From positions 3,360,001-3,424,000 of the forward strand of contig CAVVPN010000003.1 of assembly GCA_963750165.1 (NCBI GenBank): 64,000 nt of DNA, given 5' to 3'. Of the stretch, positions 57,001-64,000 are shown piece by piece. The position numbers were made by a program, and so were the translations under genes. Within the stretch, counting starts at the first letter, position 1. Each line of letters opens with the position of its first letter. The notes under the pieces were generated by a model, which saw nothing but the letters and a program-made list of their open reading frames with translations, searched no databases and was not told where the DNA came from. Source of the stretch: an uncultured Gemmataceae bacterium. Lineage in GTDB: Bacteria; Planctomycetota; Planctomycetia; Gemmatales; Gemmataceae.

Positions 57001-60000
57001 GTCGCCTCAGCGCCACCCAGGGTATCACGCTCAATGCCGGCACCTTCTCCTTCATCGGCAACCCCGGCCAGGGCCTGGCCCCGGTCGCCAGCAGCCAGTC
57101 GGTCGGCACCATCACCCTCGGCGCCGGCCAGTCCACCATCCAGGCGAGCACGGGCGGCATCGCCATCACCGGCAGCACGTCCGTGCTGACCATCGCCAGC
57201 CTGAATCGCCTGCCCGGCGGCACGGTCAACTTCGCCGGCTACGGCGGCATCGCCGGCGGCACGATCAGCTCGGCCGGCTACACCAGCGCCCTGGACGTCC
57301 CCTTCGCCCAGATCGCCCTGGCCACGGTGCCGACGCTGGTCGGCAGCAACGGCGGCATTTTGCCCTACGCCACCGTCAACGGCGGCGATTTCGCCACCTA
57401 CGACTTCGCCACCAACAGCATCGCGGCCTTCACGGGGTACGTCACCTCGCTGGCCGCCGCTGGGCCGAACGACACCGTCAAGTTGTCCGCGGCCGAAACC
57501 CTGACGGGCGACAAAACCGTCAACGCCCTGCTCCTGGCGGGCGGCACCGTCGGCGAAGCTGGCTACACCTTGACGCTGGCCGGCGGCGCCCTGGCGACCA
57601 CCGCCGGTTTCACCACCACCAACACCATCATCGGCGGCACGCTGGCCTTCGGGAGCAACGAGGGCATTCTCCAGACCAATGCCGCGGCGATTACCACGCT
57701 CAACAGCACCATCACCGGCTCCGGCGGCCTGACGATTGGCGGCGGCGGCACGTTGAACCTCCCCAACGCCAACACGTACACGGGCACCACCGTCCAGGGC
57801 AACGGCATCCTGAACGTGGGCAACAGCGCGTCCCTCGGCACCGGCACGGCCAGCTTCGTTAACGGCACCGTCCAGTCCCTCGCCGGCGTCACGCTCCCCA
57901 ACCCCGTGGCGCTCAACAACAGTTACGTCACCCTCAGTGGCCTGACGAACCTGAACCTGTCCGGTCCGGTCACGGCGACCGACAACCTCAGCAACGATCC
58001 CAACGGCGCTGCCTACACGAACACGGTGAACGTGTCCACCAACGTCGTGTTCACGGTGACCATTTCGGGTGCCATTACCGGCGGCACGCTCTCGTTCACC
58101 ATCAACAACACGGGCACGAGCAACATCCCCTGGAGCGGCAACGGGGCCGTGCTGGCCGCCAACATCCAGGCCGCGTTGAATGCGAACGCGACCGGCACGA
58201 ACACCACCATTTGGGGCCCCGGCAACACTCTGGTTACCGGGACTGGCCCGTTCGTCATTACCTTTATTGGTGGCATGGCCGGGGTTCCGCTGACGCTGAC
58301 CGCCAACAATAATCTCCTCGGCACCAACACGGCCATCGTGGTGACCTCACCGGTCAGCTTCCAGGGAGTTCCTTCGGGCAATGACGCGAACCCGGCCCTG
58401 GCCACGGGTTTGATGTCGCTGTCGGGGACCGTCAGCGGCACGGGCAGTCTGAACGTCCTGGGGACCGGGACCCTGGTGGTGTCCGGAAACAACACCTACT
58501 CGGGTGGCACGTTCCTGAACGGCCCCACCGTGGTCGCCGCTAGCAACACTGCCTTCGGCACCGGCGCCTTGACCCTGACCAGCGGCACCCTCATGGCCGA
58601 CGCGAACGCCCACACCCTGGCCAACAATCTCGTGATTAACGGCGGGATTACCCTGGGCGCCAGCAGCGAGGGTGGCACGACGGGCAGCACCAACAGCAAT
58701 CTCACCTTCAGCGGCAATGTGCTGTTGACCGGGACCACCTCGGCCCTCGTGGAAAACGCCGGCGTTTCGGTCAACCCCCAGACGATTGCCGGGACGCTGC
58801 CGCAGAACTCCCTCCAGGTTTACAACACCACCACCTTCAGCGGCAACGTGAGCGGCCCAGGCGGCCTGGTGGTGATGGGGCCGGGCAACCTCGTGCTCTC
58901 GGGTGCCAGCAACACCTACGCGGGCGGCACCACGCTCAACTCCGCGGGCGGCGGCCTCCAGGCCAGCTTCCTGAACACCGGCGGCACCAACAACATTGCC
59001 GCGACCAGCTTCAACACCGCACCGGCGTACTCGCGCATCGACCCCTCCGTCGATTACCCGGACAACGGCAACAACGGCCTCACGTACCCAACTCCGAACG
59101 GACTCTCGCTGTCGCCATCGGTGCCCATTAACAACATCGCCATCACGGAAAACGGCTATTTGAACATTGTCAACCCGGGTCTTTACACCTTCTTCTACTC
59201 GGTGGACGACGGCGGCACGATGTTCATCGACGGGACCATGATGGCCGACAACGATGGTGCCAAGGGCCCTGCCGGCTGCAGCGCCACCGTGAACCTGTCG
59301 GGCGGCTTGCACACATTCCTGGTGAAGTACTACCAGGGCGGTGGCGGTGCGGGGATCGCCATCACCTACCAGGGGCCGGACACCAACAACGTCGCCATTC
59401 TCGTCCCGCCCAGCGCGTACGCGAACCCGGATGGCACCGCCGGCACCCTCCAGATTGCCAACAACAATTCGCTGGGCAGCGGCCCGGTGTCGCTGTCCAA
59501 CGGCGTGCTCCAGGCCAACGCCGCCGTTACCCTGGCCAACACGGTGCAGCTGGCGGGCGGCCCGCTGCCCGTGGCCCTGGCCGGCAGCGCCATCACCATT
59601 ACCAACAACGCCCTCCTGACCGGCAATATCAACCTGTCGGTCAACAACACGACCACCTTCAACGCCGACATCGCCGGCACGTCCGCGCTGACCCTGACGA
59701 ACCAGCCCGTGGTGGTGGGGACCGCCGCCCCCCTCACCGGCACCGGCAACCTGGTCATCACCTCGCCGGTGAGCTACACCGGTTCGACCACTGTCAGCGC
59801 CGGCACCTTGACCCTCAGCGGCAACGGCGCCCTCACGGGGACCGCCAGCACCAACGCCGTCCAGACCCTGTTCTTCCCGACCTCCCTGAACAACACCCAG
59901 CAGGGGAACGTCACCGGCGGCAACTTTACGCTCACCTTCAACGGGGCGACCACCGGGGCGATCACTTTCAGTCCGACCGCGGCCACGACCGCTGCGAACA

Positions 60001-63000
60001 TCCAGACCGCCCTCAACACGCTGCTGGGCAACAGCACCAGCGTGGTCGTCTCGGCGCAAACCAGCCCCATCGCCAGCCTGGTCGTCAACAACTCCAGCGC
60101 CGGCGGCATCTACATCACCATCACGTTCGCGGGCGCCCTGGCCGGGGCACCCCAGCAGTTGATGACCGTTAATAACGTGAGCCTGACCGGGACCAACATC
60201 GCGTGGTCCATCGCCACGACGACCGTCGGCAGCCCGGCGCTGGTCATCAACAGCGGCGGCACGGTCACGCTGGACAACACCACCGTCAACAACAACGACC
60301 GCATCAACGACGCGGCGGTCGTGGTGTTCAACGGCGGCAATCTCAACTTCCTGGGCACCCCCGGCGCCGCCTCGACGGAAACCCTGGGCACGACCCTGTA
60401 CAACACCGGCAACTCCACGATCACGACGACCGCGGGGGCCGGCGGCTCGGTGGTCCTGACCGCGAACGTCCCGGGGCGCAACGGCGGCGGCACGGCCAAC
60501 CTCGTGGCCGGCAACGGCCAGATCCTGGGCAGCGCCACCAACCAGATCATCCTCAACGTGCCGGCCTCCGCCATCCTGAATAACGGCATCATCAAGGGCT
60601 TCACGGTCACCGACGGCAGCACCGGCGGTTTCAACCTGGCGACGGCCACCGGCACCTCCACGGCCACCGTCGCTGCCCTGACCACCTATGCGACGTTGTC
60701 CACCAGTGGCGGCAACACCAGCGCCGACAACGTGCTGGTCACGGCCTCCACCGCCCTGACGGCCAGCGACACGGTCAACGCCATCCTCATCCGCGGCGAC
60801 GGCATCAACATCAGCGGCGCCGCCGGCACCACGCTCACCGTGGGCGGGACTTCCGGGTCCGGCACCATGATCGTTTCCAGCGGCGGCACGACCACGGGGG
60901 ACACCATCTCCGTGCCGACCCTGGCACTGGGCAATCAGGAAGGCGTCTTTATCACCAACAGCGGCAGCACGACGGTCACCGGCACCATCACCGGCAGCGG
61001 CGGCCTGACCGCTTCCGGGGCGGGCAGCCTGACCCTGGCGAGCCCGGACACCTACACCGGCACCACCACTCTCAACGGCGGCACGCTCACCGTTGCCAGC
61101 AACTCCGTCCTCGGCGCCCTGACCCTGAACGGCGGCACCCTCAAGAGCAGCACTTCCGTGACGCTGACCGGGGCCGTCACCCTGAACAACAGCGCCGTCA
61201 CCCTCGGCGGCAGCAACGCGCTCGTGTTTACCGGGGCCTGGAACCTGGCTGGCCAGAACGATACCCTCAATGTCACCGACACGACCCCCGTCATCATCCA
61301 GGGCGTCATCCAGGACGCCAACAACCAGGGCGCGGTCATCCCGACCGGCGCCAACTCCCCCGCCAAGACGTTTACGAAGACGGGAGCTGGGACGGTGATC
61401 CTGACCGGCACCAACACCTACACCGCTTTGACGTACATCCTGGGTGGCACCGTCAACCTGCAGAACAGCGCCGGCCTGGGCAGCGTCCCCAGCCAGTCTC
61501 CGATCACTTCCGCCGGGGCAGGGTTCCCGGCCACGGCGCCGGCCGCGGACGGCACCCTCGTGGGCAGCGGCGCGACCCTGCAACTGCAGGGCGCCATCAC
61601 GCTGAACGAGGTGCTGGCCCTCAACGGCGGCACCCTGGAAAGCCTGTCCGGCAATAACCAGCTCAACGGCGGCATCCTCCTGAACGCCCCCAGCACCATT
61701 AACGTGGACGTGAACCAGTTGACCGTGACCGGCTCGATTTCCGGCGCCTCGGACTGGACCAAGACCGGTGGCGGCACCTTGATTCTCACCGGCTTCAACA
61801 CGTACACGGGCCAGACGAACATCAACGTCGGCGTTGTGCAGCTCGCCTCCTACGTTTTCACGGCCAGCAACACCACGACGTCCAATCCGATCTCGGCCCT
61901 GGGTGCGCAGACCGGTAGCGTCGTGGTGAACTCCGGCGGCACCCCGGGCAGCAGCGGCACGCTCCAGCTCGACTCGAGTTCCGCCACGACCTACTACAGC
62001 AAGACCCTGGTCCTGAACGGCCCGGGCTTCGGTTTCAACTTCTCCAGCCTGCTGTTGCCCACGGGCGCCCTCGAAGACCTCAACACCACCAACAACAACC
62101 AGTTCATCAGCACCTGGACCGGCAACATCGTCCTGAACACCGATTCCACGATCAGCGCCGCCAGCGCCACCACGGTCACCACCCCGGCCAACCTGGCGAT
62201 CACCGGCGCCATCAGCGGGACGGTGCGCGCTCACCAAGGTGGGCATCGGCCAGCTGCAACTCGGCGCCCCCGACAGCTACTCCGGAGCCACGACCGTCGC
62301 CGCCGGCACCCTGGTCCTGAATAACGTCGGCCAGCTGCTCAACACCTCCGTTGTGAACCTGAACCCCAGCGTCCAGGCGGTGGTGACCCCCAACCCCGCC
62401 ATCCCGGCCCTGACCCTGGACAACACCGGGTTCAACGTGTCCGGCCGCCTGATGAGCGGGGCCACCCCTGCGAACATCAACTTCAACAACGCGGTGCTGA
62501 GCTTCGTGGGCAACAACACGCCCGGCGTGCTCACAGCGGAGACTCTGGGGACGGTCACCTTGAATCCGGGCGCTTCGTTCATCAGTTCGGCGAACGGGCT
62601 GGGTGTGGGAGCCATGGCGCAACTAACGATCAATACCCTGAACCGCAATCAGGGCAGCACCCTGGGCTTCCTGCCGGGCGTCTCGCAAAACTTCAGCCAG
62701 AACATCAGCAACCTGAACACCCCCTTCAACCAGATTCTGGTCAACTCCTTCGGCCCGGGGGCCGCGATGGTCAACGGCATCCTGCCCTATGCCACAGTGG
62801 CGAGTGTCGGGGCCACCCCCAACCAGTTCGACTTCGCCACCACCGTCGCCGCAGGCACGGCCAGCAGCATCGCCGCCTTCACCAACTACAAGAGTTCGCT
62901 GGCGGCTGCCGGCCCGACCGACACCGTCCGGCTGACGGCCAGCGAGACCCTGGCCAGCAACAAGGTCGTCAACGCGATTCTTTTTGCCGGCACCACCACC

Positions 63001-64000
63001 AATAACGGCGTTGGCAGCATCACGATTAACCAGAACACCGGCTCCAACAACCTCTTCACCCTGGGCGTGACCAGCGGCGCCATCATGGCCATGGGTAACA
63101 ACACCCTGACCATCACCGGCGGGACGGTGGACTTCGGTTCGGCCGAGGGCATCCTCAACGAGAACAACGCCAACATCACGTTCAACAGTGCCATCGCTGG
63201 CACCAACGGCCTGACCATCAGCGCCACCGCGGCCGGCCAGATCGCTTTGAACCCCAGTTTCAACGGCAGCATTACCGGCGGCAACGGCGTCGGCAGCAAC
63301 ACCTACCTGGGCAACACCTGGATCAACGGCACCGGCACCGGCCTGGTGCTCACGAACTCCATCAGCGGGTTCAGCAATGGCACCGTGGTGATGACGGCCG
63401 GCGAACTGGGGAACAACAACAACGCCAACCTCGCCATCCCCAACCCCTTCGTCTTCAACAACAGTCTGGTGTCGCTGGGGGACAACAACCGCACGACCTT
63501 CACCGGCCCCATGACCTTGACGGGCACCAACACGTTCAGCCTGGCCAATTTCGGCAACGGCAACCAGAACCCGGTCGTCCTCGGCGGAGTCATCAGCGGC
63601 ACGGGTTCGCTCAATCTCATCCAGGGCGGCAACGGCCTCATCCTGGCCAACCCGGACAACATTTACTCGGGCGGCACGGGCCTGACCACGGGCGTCGGCG
63701 GCAGCAACGGCCAGCTGCAGGTCACCGCGAGCAGCGTGCTCGACAGCGCCGGCCATCTGCTCAGCGGCCCCCTCGGCACCGGGCCGCTCAACCTGATGGG
63801 CGGCGTCCTGCAGAACACCAACACCAACGGCAACACCACCGAGTATGGCGCGAACCTGGTGACGCTGTACAACGCGGTCAACATCCTCAGTACCCCGACC
63901 TCGATCAACAACGCCGCGGCCACCGGCCAGACCACCATCATCGGCGGCGGCAACGCCGACGGCGGCGGCGACATCAACCTCGCCGGCCCGGTCACCCTCG
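42067..64000 (+). CDS. Giant beta-helical surface protein/adhesin (>7300 aa, 3'-partial) with autotransporter-associated beta-strand repeats, PA14 x4, L-type lectin and repeated inserted modules; frameshifts at ~46069 and ~62225
   Basis: N-terminal LEPLEDRTLLS motif; many LTKxGxGTLxLxxxNTYTGxTxxNxG repeats; repeat pattern continues across frame 1 (42067-46068), frame 3 (to ~62225) and frame 1 (open to 64000). Confidence 0.93.

Noticed and set aside
42052..63995. Long minus-strand ORFs (e.g. 58347-62246, 50436-53342, 42052-44790)
   Set aside because: Antisense shadows of the codon-biased giant gene.

Overview
GC-rich chromosomal window, most likely from a Planctomycetota (Gemmataceae-like) genome. 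Evidence for this: an LEPR-XLL extracellular leader motif, a DUF1501 protein, an ECF sigma/Ser-Thr kinase-WD40 pair, PEP-CTERM proteins and many REP-like hairpins. Bases 1-5000 carry a membrane PPC/WD40 protein, an Rpn-like gene with a probable intragenic small-protein start, and a hydroxyproline epimerase/dehydrogenase pair. Bases ~5000-11100 are an accessory patch with gene debris, MarR + double esterase, a perfect 30-bp inverted repeat and a compositionally foreign EEP-nuclease two-gene cassette (candidate defence system). Bases 11165-40671 are mostly housekeeping or conserved genes (ygiQ, acyl-CoA dehydrogenase, ubiE/menG, hemE, asd-truA-aroA), plus an unusual tandem pair of HTH paralogs with a His-containing tail. 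After a 1.4-kb non-coding region, a giant (>7300 aa, open at the window end) beta-helical surface protein starts at 42067. It carries inserted PA14, L-type lectin and phage-tail-like modules, and is split by two frameshifts that are probably sequencing errors. The non-coding region holds a hairpin-rich leader and copies of a dispersed repeat also found, inverted, at 5034-5159. Family assignments come from motif recognition only; no searches were run.
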